This document shows, piece by piece, positions 1-10,281 of a DNA stretch of 64,000 nt (positions within the stretch are counted from its first letter, which is position 1; every line of letters begins with the position of its first letter). The stretch lies in assembly GCF_030144855.1 (NCBI RefSeq), contig NC_082707.1:30752001-30816000 (forward strand). Direction: 5' to 3'. Both the position numbers and the translations under genes were made by a program. The notes under the pieces were generated by a model. The model saw only the letters and a program-made list of their open reading frames with translations, searched no databases and was not told where the DNA came from. The DNA comes from Hypanus sabinus (lineage: Eukaryota).

Positions 1-984
1 TATACCCCTCCATAGGCGTGCCTGACCTGCCGAGTTCCTCCAGTGTTTTGCGTGTGTTGCTGTAATAGAATATTCCCCAATTGTCTGGATGAACGAATTT
101 AAGAATCATGCAGGCCAATGGGACCCATTTGATGACGCTATATCCACCAGTTCAAGCATTTCACCCCTGCACTACCAGCTCACTGGGACAGAGCTGTACG
201 CCACCTATAAAATGCAGCACAGAAAATTACAAGCGTTTCTTTAATAAATCTAAAGCCACCAGCAGGATCAGGACATCAGTGGAATACTAACGCTATGTCC
301 CATAATTTATGCATCAACCTGACTTGCAAAAGTATTGGCATGCCTACAGTGTCGCTGTCAAAATCCTCGCCCTTACGCACGCAGACCGCAGCAATGGAAG
401 AAGTTGATTGGATACCATCTTTTCAGGAGCAAATCAGAATGAGGAATGAATGGAGTTCTGACCAACGATGTCTAAATCCTGTAAATCTTATGAATGATTT
501 TAAAATATATACTCACATATTACAAATATGTGTACGTTTACCAAACCTCATTAGCTGGTGAAATAATCTTTTTTTGCCTCAGAGACCTACATGTAGCAAT
601 GGATTTGACTAAAGGCTGTGATTTCATTTGCAAAAGAAGTGCGGGGACTAATTCACAATGCCGGATTACAAATCACTTTTGATTTTCCTTATTTGTTACT
701 TATTGCTAAGACTTTGTCAAAAAGATGAATGAAACATTACTCCTAAATAATGTAATGATTTGTAAAAGACAGCCTCCAAGTGTGGAATCATTTTTGACAT
801 ACATAATTCAAAGAGCTTTCTAAAAGAAGTTTTTGAAATTATTCCACTTTTTCAGTTCCCTCTACAATATTACACTTTTTTGTGACTCAGAATGTAAAAT
901 AAATGCCAGACAAGAACAATATAAGCTGTAGAACTTTTGACTTTACCTGTAGGTTTTGATCGCAAAACAGTACCTAATAAAGTA

Positions 985-1650
985 GCTAAAGTGACCAATA
1001 GACTTTGATTTTTGTAGCTCAGTGTCTAGTTGATACTCATTTCATCAATACGACGAGCTACAGTTATTACTCAAAGGAAATGATTTTAAAATACTGTAGG
1101 TATTATTAACCTTTCACCAATTGTATGAGATTTTCCACAATTTGCTATCATTTTGGAAATGTTATAAGAAGCAATGAGACCACTATCAGGTCATTTTTAG
1201 CTTTCTTGGCAAATCACTCGAGTATGCAACGCTTTTCAAATGCTCCTTTCATCTTCTGGAACTGAGCAATACCATAAGTAGCCTTTTCAGGGTGTCTATT
1301 ACGGAAGTGTTCCTGCCATCTTGTTGGTTTCATGGCTTCATTAGACAGTACCGTATTACAAATAAGACACATGGGGCGTCGCTGATCTGACGGGAATGGA
1401 ATAAAACCACACTCCAGGTATGTGAACAACAACACACACAAAATGCTGGTGGAACACAGCAGGCCAGGCAGCCTGACAGCGCTTCTCCCGATAGATGCTG
1501 CCTGGCCTGCTGTGTTCCACCAGCATTTTGTGTGTGAATTTCCAGCATCTGCAGATTTCCTTGTGTTTGCTCCAGGTATGTGACATTGTATTGACCACTT
1601 TCTGTTTCTAAGCAGGATTAGAATTCAAGGCTTCACCACTTTTAGGCTCA
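985..1650 (-). mobile_element. hAT/Buster (Charlie-type) transposase remnant
   Basis: QYNVTYLECGFIPF..PMCLICNTVLSNEAMKP (BED-finger region), GLIASYNIS..GKSHTIGERLIIP, PLSNNTVARRIDEM; stops and deletions. Possible terminal repeat CAGGGGTGTTTCAA (minus) at 4208-4195. Confidence 0.85.
1426..1569. mobile_element. Short palindromic Penelope-tail insertion with 14-bp TSD
   Basis: TSD CTCCAGGTATGTGA at 1412-1425 and 1570-1583; perfect 40-bp inverted arms at 1433-1472 and 1497-1536; same sequence family as the Penelope tail at 20330-20420. Confidence 0.85.
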
Positions 1651-2068
1651 TAAAGATCGTACCGTATATATTTATTCATCATTAATGGGGCTTAATTAAA
1701 ATCAAAAATTAACACAAACTAGGGTTGTCTGTCGGATGTTGACGACGGCAGCAGTTTGATACGGGTGGAATGACGGTAGAAGCACACAAAGTAACGGCGA
1801 GGCGAAGATGAAGGTGGTCATAACAGTAAAAATTACGCTGACAAGGATTGGAATCTGTATGTCAGTCGGGATAGAGCTGGTGTTCGGCAAGCTACCTTTA
1901 TACTATTCCAGTTAGCGTGGCTGACCAATCACGTTAGGACTCAGCCCCAAATATGGTTCTTGACCGCACCTGTGAAGCCGAGGTCGCTTTGAATACCTCG
2001 GTGTTGGCAAGTTGACTGATTGTCTGTATTTCACTGTATGGTTCCAGACAGCACTGTATCACCGTATC

Positions 2069-3638
2069 AGGTGGCTCAGGAAATTGCGGATGCATTGGTA
2101 ATAGGTGGCTCAGGAAATTGCGGATGCATTGGTAATCATTTTCCAATGTTCCTTAGATTCAGGATCAGTTCCTGAAGATTGGAGAGTGGCTAATGTTATC
2201 CCACTTTTCAAGAAGGGAGGGAAGGAGAAAACGGAGAACTATCGCCCTGTTAGCCTAACGTCAGTCGTAGGGAAGATGCTTGAGTCCATTATTAAGGACG
2301 AAATAGTGGCACATCTTGATGGCAGTAATAGGATTAGGCCGAGCCAGCATGGATTTACCAAGGGCAAATCATGCTTGACTAATCTGTTGGAGTTTTTTGA
2401 GGGTGTAACAAGGATGTTAGACGAGGGTAAGCCAGTGGATGTTGTGTACCTAGATTTTCAGAAGGCATTCAATAAAGTGCCACATAGGAGATTGGTGAGT
2501 AAAATCAGAGCTCATGGCATTGGGGGCAGGGTTTCAACATGGATAGAAAACTGGTTGGCAGATAGAAAGCAAAGGGTAGCAGTGAATGGGTGTTTCTCGG
2601 ACTGGCTGGAAGTGACTAGTGGGGTACCACAGGGCTCTGTATTGGGACCACAGCTCTTTACGATTTATGTCAACGATTTAGATGAGGGCATTGAAAACTA
2701 TATCAGCAAGTTTGCTGACGATACTAAACTGGGTGGCAGTGTGACATGCGAAGAGGACATTAGGAGAATACAGGGAGACTTGGATAGGCTGGGTGAGTGG
2801 GCAGATACTTGGCAGATGTCATTCAATGTGAATAAATGTGAAGTTATCCACTTTGGAAGCAGGAACAAGAGGGCAGAGTATTGTCTGAACGGTGTAGAGT
2901 TAGGTAAGGGAGAAATGCAAAGAGACCTAGGAGTCCTAGTTCACCAGTCAATGAAGGTGAATGAGCAAGTGCAACAGGCAGTGAAGAGGGCAAATGGAAT
3001 GTTGGCCTTTGTTACAAGGGGAATTGAGTACAAGAGCAAGGATGTCCTTTTGCATTTGTACAGGGCCCTGGTGAGACCACACCTGGAATATTGTGTACAG
3101 TTTTGGTCTCCAGGTTTAAGGAAGGACATTCTGGCAATTGAGGAAGTGCAGCGTAGATTCACTAGGTTGATTCCTGGGATGGCAGGGCTGTCTTACGCAG
3201 AGAGATTGGAGAGATTGGGCTTGTACATGCTGGAATTGAGGAGATTGAGAGGGGATCTGATTGAAACGTTTAAGATAATTAAAGGATTTGATAGGATTGA
3301 GGCAGGAAATATGTTCCAGATGTTGGGAGAGTCCAGTACCAGAGGGCATGGATTGAGAATAAGAGGTCAGTTATTTAAAACAGAGTTGAGGAAGAGCTTC
3401 TTCTCCCAGAGAGTTGTGGAGGTGTGGAATGCACTGCCTCAGAAGACGGTGGAGGCCAATTCTCTGGATGCTTTCAAGAAGGAGCTAGATAGATATCTGA
3501 TGGATAGGGGAATCAAGGGATATGGGGACAAGGCAGGGACTGGGTATTGATAGTGAATGATCAGCCATGATCTCAGAATGGCGGTGCAGACTCGAGGGGC
3601 CGAATGGTCTACTTCTGCACCTATTGTCTATTGTCTAT
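2069..3638 (+). mobile_element. CR1 LINE, 5'-truncated, intact RT ORF (2105-3550)
   Basis: [35 protein letters not shown]; 3' tail (CTATTGT)n. Confidence 0.96.
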
Positions 3639-3879
3639 CATTGTGCGGCCGGCCTTCTGTAGAGAAGGTTGAGAGGGTGCACCTGACTTAAATTCCTTGA
3701 GCTCGTTCCGTGCTGCGAGTCAAGGGGAATTGTTGGGCACCCTGGTTGCTAATTTGTGCATCCCCAATAAAGTATGTTTGGCTGGTAAGGTAGGATGAGG
3801 TTGCTGAGTATCAGACCCATTGTGATGGCGAGTGCTCATAGCCTGCAAAGCTAGGATTCTTCCTGTGTTCCAGTACCAA

Positions 3880-4102
3880 TGTGGTGAACTACATATACCT
3901 CTCTGGACACGCCCCCCCCCCCCCCCCGCTGACTGCTCCTGTGGCTCCTCCCACTGACCCCGGTATAAAGGCGATTGGGGCCTGAGCCCTGCCCTCAGTC
4001 GCCAGGATGTAGCATGGTGGTCAATTCCTGCTTGTTCTTTCTTCCAGTCAATAAACACCTATATCTCGCCTCTTATCGCAGAGAGTTATTGATGGTGCAT
4101 CA
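3880..4102 (+). mobile_element. Solo LTR-like element
   Basis: TG...CA termini, TATAAA 3964-3969, AATAAA 4050-4055, 223 bp; no TSD seen. Confidence 0.6.
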
Positions 4103-4593
4103 GTCTCATCCTTTGTTTTTGAAAAGCCTGCACTAACAGTCGGTCAGGACGAGTGCCTCAAGTTAGGGGGCCGCTTACTATCCCCCCAAGAACCTTGAAA
4201 CACCCCTGATGACTTCTATTTCCCCGTGTGGGAATTACTGCACTAATTTGATGACTATTTCCAGCACGTTCGGATCGTGTTTCAGAAACATCAGCTTGTA
4301 TGTGCGGGTACTAAGTCTGGGCAACAGAATCTCAAATCTTCTCGCTGTTAGACCTTGTTCTCGCAAGTCAGGTAGCAGCAATGCCCGCCCCACATTAAAA
4401 AAAATCACGTCCTGAGTCGTTCTCAACTCCATGGTGAGAGTGAAGGTGAAGAGAGGCGTCCCAAAATGTAACCTTAGTTTTATGAATAAATCTTTGCAGC
4501 CAACATTGAAAATCGCATGTAGGTGGCAGATGATAATACCAGACAGAGGATCACTTTTTTCTGCCCTGAAGTGGAAAATACAACTCCAAGAAG

Positions 4594-4787
4594 ACCACAA
4601 CCTTGCCGTAGGGTTTGGAGGCTTACAAGCCTCAATGGCCTGGACAGCTATGTTGGCTGAAGTCAGGGCTTTATGCTTTGGCTCTTAGGAGGGTCACCCA
4701 TGCCGAACAGGTGCCTCATCCGGTGGTCCACCGGTTTTCCAGGCTCACGGGTTCGGCTCAGGGCTAACTGGTAAAACAGAATTGTTA
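4594..4787 (+). mobile_element. RTE-clade LINE 5'UTR-like fragment
   Basis: Contains ...TCCAGG..GGGTT..GGGCTAAC..GTAAAAC and GGGTCACCCATG, resembling recalled RTE 5' motifs. Confidence 0.5.
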
Positions 4788-5039
4788 AAATACTTCCAAA
4801 ATCTGTGTGCGATGGTATTCCTGAGTCGCACGACTGACAGTAGTGAGAACCCTGAATGTTTTGTCTGTACAACTACATATCAAATCAATAAAGGCAAGCA
4901 CTCAGAGGTAAAGTTAACTTGTGTATTCTCTTTGCAGAGAGAGCACAAGGGTAAGTTTTCGGTCAATGATTGCTGCTAAGGGGATCCATTGCGCTAAAAG
5001 AAAGATCCGTGTATTGCACTGAGATGGAGGATCTTCACC

Positions 5040-5390
5040 GCTGCCCGAAAGTGGCAAATACAGACGCTCCCTTTGTGGCTGCACTGGGCGGAAACGGGGC
5101 TGACGTCATAGTGTTAGGGACTATCTCCATTTGTAACCGAAAAGTGGAGCGCAGCGAAGAGGCAGCGGTTCGGGGCCCGGGCTGAGTGGGGAGATCGCCT
5201 GCCTGCGACTTCCATTGAGCGAAGAGGTTTCAGCCCGGGGCCTTTCTTGCATGAGGAGTGCGTAGTTGCAGTGGACGCGCTCCGGAGAGCGGGCTGGGTC
5301 GGGGCGGGCCGGGCTGAGCCGAGCCTCGAGGCCGCAAGGCCCTTGTGAGGAGCGGAGCAAGCCCGGGCTGCGCGTCCCGCAGGGGGCAGG
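5040..5390 (+). promoter_or_regulatory. ZNF639 CpG-island promoter/5'UTR with full CRE
   Basis: GC/CpG-rich; palindromic TGACGTCA at 5101-5108; GGGCGGAA near 5086; CTCF-like CCCGCAGGGGGCAG at 5376-5389. Confidence 0.65.
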
Positions 5391-5448
5391 ATGAGCGAAA
5401 GTGGCAAGAGGAAGAGAAGGAAGAGTTTAAATCCCTCGCGTTACTCAG
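5391..5448 (+). CDS. ZNF639: ZNF639 coding exon 1 (basic NLS-like segment)
   Basis: ATG at 5391 in a CpG-rich region, 58 nt, donor CAG|GTATAA, phase 1. Confidence 0.88.
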
Positions 5449-8400
5449 GTATAAGCTGCAGGGGTGGATGAAGAGGCTCAGAAATACAAATAGAGGGTAA
5501 ATTAATCCCAGGGATAGGGCATAAGGGACCGGGGGAATGGCGTTGCATGGACTTGGGCTGGTAAGTAAGGGAAATTGGAATTGCTTTATTATTGTTCCGA
5601 GATTCTGCGGTAATTTTAACTCGCATATTGTTAATACAAATGAGATCATTGGGTAAAACAATAACAATGCAGAATAAAATGCAACAGCTACAGAGAAAGT
5701 GCAGTGCAGGTAAACGATAAGGTGCAAGATCATTTCAAGATCGGTTGTGAGCTCAAAAGTCCATCTCATAAGTTAGGAGTCATGAGTTAGTGTTTAGGGT
5801 TTGTGTCTAGGCCGGGCTTGACGGTGGAGACTGGTTCTTTAGAGGTGAGTGAGGGTGGGAGATGGCAAATAGTACCCTGAAGTGGAGATGTCAAAGGTGA
5901 GATGAAATGACTAAACCAAAGTCCCACATATATTCTCATCCTGTGTTAAAGTGTCATAGAAAGGCATTTTGTCATCTCCGTTGTCCTAGCTAGAATTTTT
6001 AAAATACCTTCTTGAGGAACTCACTCTAGCAGTGTCTCCCACAGATATAGTTTGACCTGCTAAGTTCCTCCAGTAGACTGCAGTTCGTGGAGTCTAGCAC
6101 AAAAATAATGTGCGTCTATAAACTGTTCAGTCGTGATTACAGTGTGAACACTATAGCACTGGACAGCCCATTCTACCCACGATGCTGGGCCAGTCTTGAT
6201 GCTGATTAAACTAAATGTACCTTTATTCCCTTCATATTCTTGTGTCCATCAAAAAGCTTCTAAAACTCCAGAAACTGTCTGATTCAAATACTGCCCCATC
6301 ACTCTCTGTATAATAAAATTGCCACTTGCATCACCTACTCTTCCTTCCTGGTCTCTGGTGGTTGACATTTCTATCTTAAGGAGGAGATTCTGACTGTACC
6401 TCACCAAAGATTTCTGGAAATTAACCTCATAATTTAAAAAAGAAACTATCAGGTCGCCCCTCAGCCTCCAGGAGAATAACCCAAGTTTGTCCTTGTTGCT
6501 CATTCCCTCTTAACCAAGTGTTAACCTGGTAAACTTATTCTACACTATTACCACAGTGTCCACCTCCTTCCTACAAGGGGGCAAGCAGAAGTGCACACAG
6601 TATTCCCACATGTGGTGAAGTACTGTTGAGTGTAAAATGATCATTATGTTCCCTGCAATTCTGAAATCGCTGTGGCATTTATACTATTGTGAAATAGGCA
6701 GAGAATGTCATTTAGGGCCTTTATCATCATTATATACCATGTCATATGGTGTAGGCAATCATGGTCTTTTGGCCGTGCTTGTTCTTGGCAAATTTTTTCT
6801 ACAGACATGGTTTGCCATTGCCTTCCAGGTGGGCAGTGTCTTTACAAGGCAGGTGACCCCAGCTATTAACAATACTCTTCAGAGATTGTCTGCCTGGTGC
6901 CAGTGTTCGCATAACCAGGACTTGTGATATGCACCAGCTGCTCATATGACTGTCTACCACCTGCTCCCGTGGCTTCACGGGACCCTGATCCGGGGGTGGA
7001 GTTGTGGGAGCTAAGCAGGTGCTACACCTTGCCCGAGGGTGACCTGCAGGCTAGCAGAGGGAAGGAGGGCCTTACACCTCCATTGGTAGAGACATATCTC
7101 TACCAAAGCCTGAATGTAGGGCCTTATCTAAACATAATCCCATTTTTTTCTAATTACTTAGATGCATCTGTGCTTAATTTTCTCAGTGACAAAAAAAACA
7201 TGTCTTCTGAAATGCAACAGAAGAGGAGCATTTCAGTAAAGCTTTTAATAGCTTAAAGACACCCTTCAGATTTCTAAGTGGAATGTGCACTAGAATAATG
7301 ACTTTGCATGTGTATTTTTCCAGGAAATTTTTAGTAGGCAATCTACCTTTAACTGGATTAGTTCCCAAAATAAGCGTCGTTTCTCTTTCAGGGTTAGACT
7401 CTACAGTTGAAGATGAACGAGAAAGCAGTCCTGAATACTGTACACATTCAAATGATTCACAAGGTAGGATAAAATTGTTAATGAAGAACATTTTGTACTT
7501 GTGAGCATTGTTTTTCCAGGAGGTGCAATTTTGCACTCCCTCATTGCTATTCTGAATTGTACATTTATGGTTGCAGAAGGGAAACAAAAACTAGATGTTT
7601 CTTAATGACTGACAACAGCTCTGGAAAAGATGCATCCTTCGAAACAGAAAAAAGTTCACATTAAATTGGTTTATTATTGTCACATGAAGCAAGGTGCAGT
7701 GGAAAACTTCTCTTGCATACTGTCCATAAAGATCAATTCCTTATAACAGTGTGGAGTGTTACAGTACTGAGGAAGTGCAGTGCAGGGAGATAATAAGGTG
7801 TAAGGGGATAATGAAGTAGATTCTGAGGTCAGGGGTCCAGTTTATTGCACTAGGGAATTATTCAGTGGTCTTATACAAGCAGTCCTTGAATCAGGTGTTG
7901 CTTGTATTTAGGCTTTTGCAACCTCTTCCTGCTAGGGAGAAGAAGAGAGATTGTCAGGGGTAGGTGGGATCTTTGGTTATACTGGTGGCTTTACTGAGAC
8001 AGCAACAAGTTAAGGCAGCGTCCATGGAGGGCAGCTAGGTTTCCATGGTGTAGACACAGCTTGGCACGATTCTCTGCAGTTTCTTGTGATCATGGGTGGA
8101 GCAGTTACCGTACCAAGCCGTGATGCATCCGGATGGGGTATATTCTACAGTGCATTGATAGTCAGGGTCAGTGGGGACATGCCAAATGTCGTGAGCCTCC
8201 TGACAAAGTAGAGGCACTGCTGAGATTTCTTGGCTGTGTGATTGGACCAGGGCGATCTGTTGGTAGTGTTCACTCATAGCAACATGAAGCTCTCAACCCT
8301 CTCAGCTTCATGTACATAGGAGCAAGTCCACTGACCCACTTCCTGAGGTCATTGACCTGCTCTTTAGTTTTGTCAACTTTGAGGGAAAGGGAGTTGTCAT

Positions 8401-10281
8401 GACAACATGCCACTTGAGCTAGTGAAACCTTAGAGACATTTGCTTTCTCCCCTTCCGGTAACTTTCTCACTCAGTCCTTGCTTTGTAGCAATGAACCATG
8501 CTGGGTTAGATTTCTAATGTCGGCTGTTCTTTGGATCGTGGTGACTGTGTGTGATTTGAGACAACCGGGGCTTGGCTTTCAGAGTACTGCCCAGGTTTAT
8601 TGCAGAATGGCAACCTGTTTTAGAAGAATGGCACAATTACATAGCCAGTAGTATTACATTGCCTCACAGTGCCAATGTTCTGGGTTCAGTCCCGATCTTG
8701 TCGATGTGTGGAGTTTGCACGTTCTCTGCCTGTGACCATGTACTAATTCTCCTGTCACTCCACATGCCAAAGACATGTAGGTTAATCAGTGACTGTAAAT
8801 TTCTCCCAGTGTGTAGATTAGTGGTAAGAGTTTGAGGGAAATGCATAAAATAAAAAAGGGATTAAAGTAGGATTGGAGTAAAAGATGCTTGATTTTCAGT
8901 GTGTGTGCGCAGTAAACAAAACATTGTGTACAGCTCTCGAAACTCTACTGTTCTAAAAAGCCATGCAGTTTTCACTTCTTAAAACATCATCTTCTTTTCC
9001 ACCATGATCGCAACATGGGTGGGGAATACTTAAATCTTGTCCTTGTAAGTTTGGGGGGGTGGGCAATGAACTAATTTCCAAAATAAGGTCTTTAAGTACA
9101 TCAAAATGTTTCCTGTTTGCTTTTCAGACCTGTACATGACAGTGAGGCCAGTAAACGCTGTTTTGAAAGGAACTAACAAGAGGCAGTGTGGGATTGAAAA
9201 CTGGAGCCTTTTTAATGACCAAGATGGAAAATTTAACACCTACCACTCTGAACAGAGCATTTCTCTCTCCAATAAACACCAAGATGATACCACAGAGAGT
9301 TCAGTTAGTGATGGTTCTGACAGACGGGACAAATCTCCTTGCATGGGAATACTTTACCAGCACAAGTGGCCTCTGCGAAAACCATCCTGCGATGGACTCT
9401 ACAGCTGTGAGCACTGCGACTTCAACAGCAAGTACCCGCTCGAGCTGAAGCAACATGTTATTCTCAGGCACACCGACACTCTGTCTAACATCTGCCCAGT
9501 CTGCAAGCGTGAATTCCTAACGTACAGCCTGCTCCACAAGCACTTGCAGGCCCACGAGACGGAAGAGCCGAGTGCTTGTCAGCTATGCAGCCACAGTGCT
9601 GAAAACCCCAAGGAGCTTGAGTTACACGTGGCAGATGCCCATATCGGTGAGTATTTGTACTGGTGTGAGCAGTGCAACATTCACTTCTGCAGCACCAGTG
9701 ACCTCCATCTTCACCTGCAGCAACACGACGGCGATGAGGAGTACCTCTGCCAGTTCTGTGAGTACGGTACGGATGATGCTACTGAGCTGCATGGCCATGT
9801 CCTTGCTGAACATGCATACAGCCTCATGGAGATGAATGACACCTCTGAAGATGGACTTCATGGAGCAGCTGGCTTTCTGAGTAAAGTGAGCTTTGACCGG
9901 GACCGAAATTTCTTTATATGTCAGTCCTGTGGCTACAGGAGCCGGCTGTTCGCCAACGTCAACAGGCATGTAGCTATCGAACATGCCCGATTCTTTCCAT
10001 TCGTGTGCGACGATTGCGGAAAGGGGTTTTGCAACACGGCAGAATATGACAAACACTTGAACTTGCACTCGTCTCAGGAGATTTATTTGTGCCAGTACTG
10101 CGATTACTCTACGGAGCAAATTGCAAACCTTCAAGCACACATCGATGTGGGCCACACTGCAGCTTTACCGTACAAATGTGAGATGTGCATGTTGAGATTT
10201 ACAAGCAACAGTGAGCTCATGTGGCATCTTGCTAAACACAAACAGAACAATGAGCAACTATGCTATCAGGTTTATGATTAA
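5391..10281 (+). CDS. ZNF639: Zinc finger protein 639 (ZASC1), spliced; model join(5391-5448,7187-7235,7324-7463,9128-10281), 466 aa; internal exons tentative
   Basis: Exon 1 MSESGKRKRRKSLNPSRYS resembles the ZNF639 N-terminus (KKRKRKTLHPSRYS). The last exon has nine C2H2 fingers with ZNF639-type strings KWPL, YWCEQC, KVSFDRDRNFFICQSCGYRSRLFANVNRHVAIEH, VCDDCGKGF. All introns GT-AG and in phase. Confidence 0.9.
6147..6616 (-). mobile_element. Old CR1 3' fragment
   Basis: LGLFSWRLRGDLI remnant; CR1 3'UTR motifs. Confidence 0.7.
6721..7105 (-). mobile_element. SINE-like element with RTE/BovB-type tail
   Basis: Plus-strand TTCTTGGCAA...GGTTTGCCATTGCCTTCC resembles the complement of the Sauria-SINE/BovB tail; ends in (TGA)n on the minus strand. 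Confidence 0.5.
7187..7235 (+). CDS. ZNF639: ZNF639 candidate internal exon
   Basis: ttttctcag acceptor and TCA|GTAAAG donor; phase 1 in, phase 2 out, fits the 7324 acceptor. No recognisable protein similarity. Confidence 0.4.
7324..7463 (+). CDS. ZNF639: ZNF639 candidate internal exon (alternative acceptor at 7392)
   Basis: tatttttccag acceptor, open frame ...GLDSTVEDERESSPEYCTHSNDSQ, donor AAG|GTAGGA phase 1 matching the 9128 exon. Confidence 0.6.
7663..8413 (-). mobile_element. Rex1/Babar LINE 3' fragment
   Basis: [17 protein letters not shown] and NSLSLKVDKTKE remnants. Confidence 0.75.
8625..8900 (+). mobile_element. V-SINE (HE1-like tRNA-derived SINE)
   Basis: GGGTTCAGTCCC B-box-like motif followed by V-domain GTGTGGAGTTTGCACGTTCTC. 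Confidence 0.65.
9128..10281 (+). CDS. ZNF639: ZNF639 terminal exon, nine C2H2 zinc fingers
   Basis: ORF 9106-10281; acceptor tttgcttttcag ending at 9127; TAA at 10279-10281. Confidence 0.95.

Noticed and set aside
2105-3550. 481-aa ORF as a host gene or autonomous element
   Set aside because: 5'-truncated CR1 ORF2 beginning at GTG, with no endonuclease or promoter.
5230-5769. 179-aa minus-strand ORF over the ZNF639 promoter
   Set aside because: Chimera of GC-rich island and a repeat tail; no protein features.
9622-10155. 177-aa minus-strand ORF and other overlapping ORFs in the ZNF639 exon
   Set aside because: Shadow frames of a real coding exon; no recognisable motifs.
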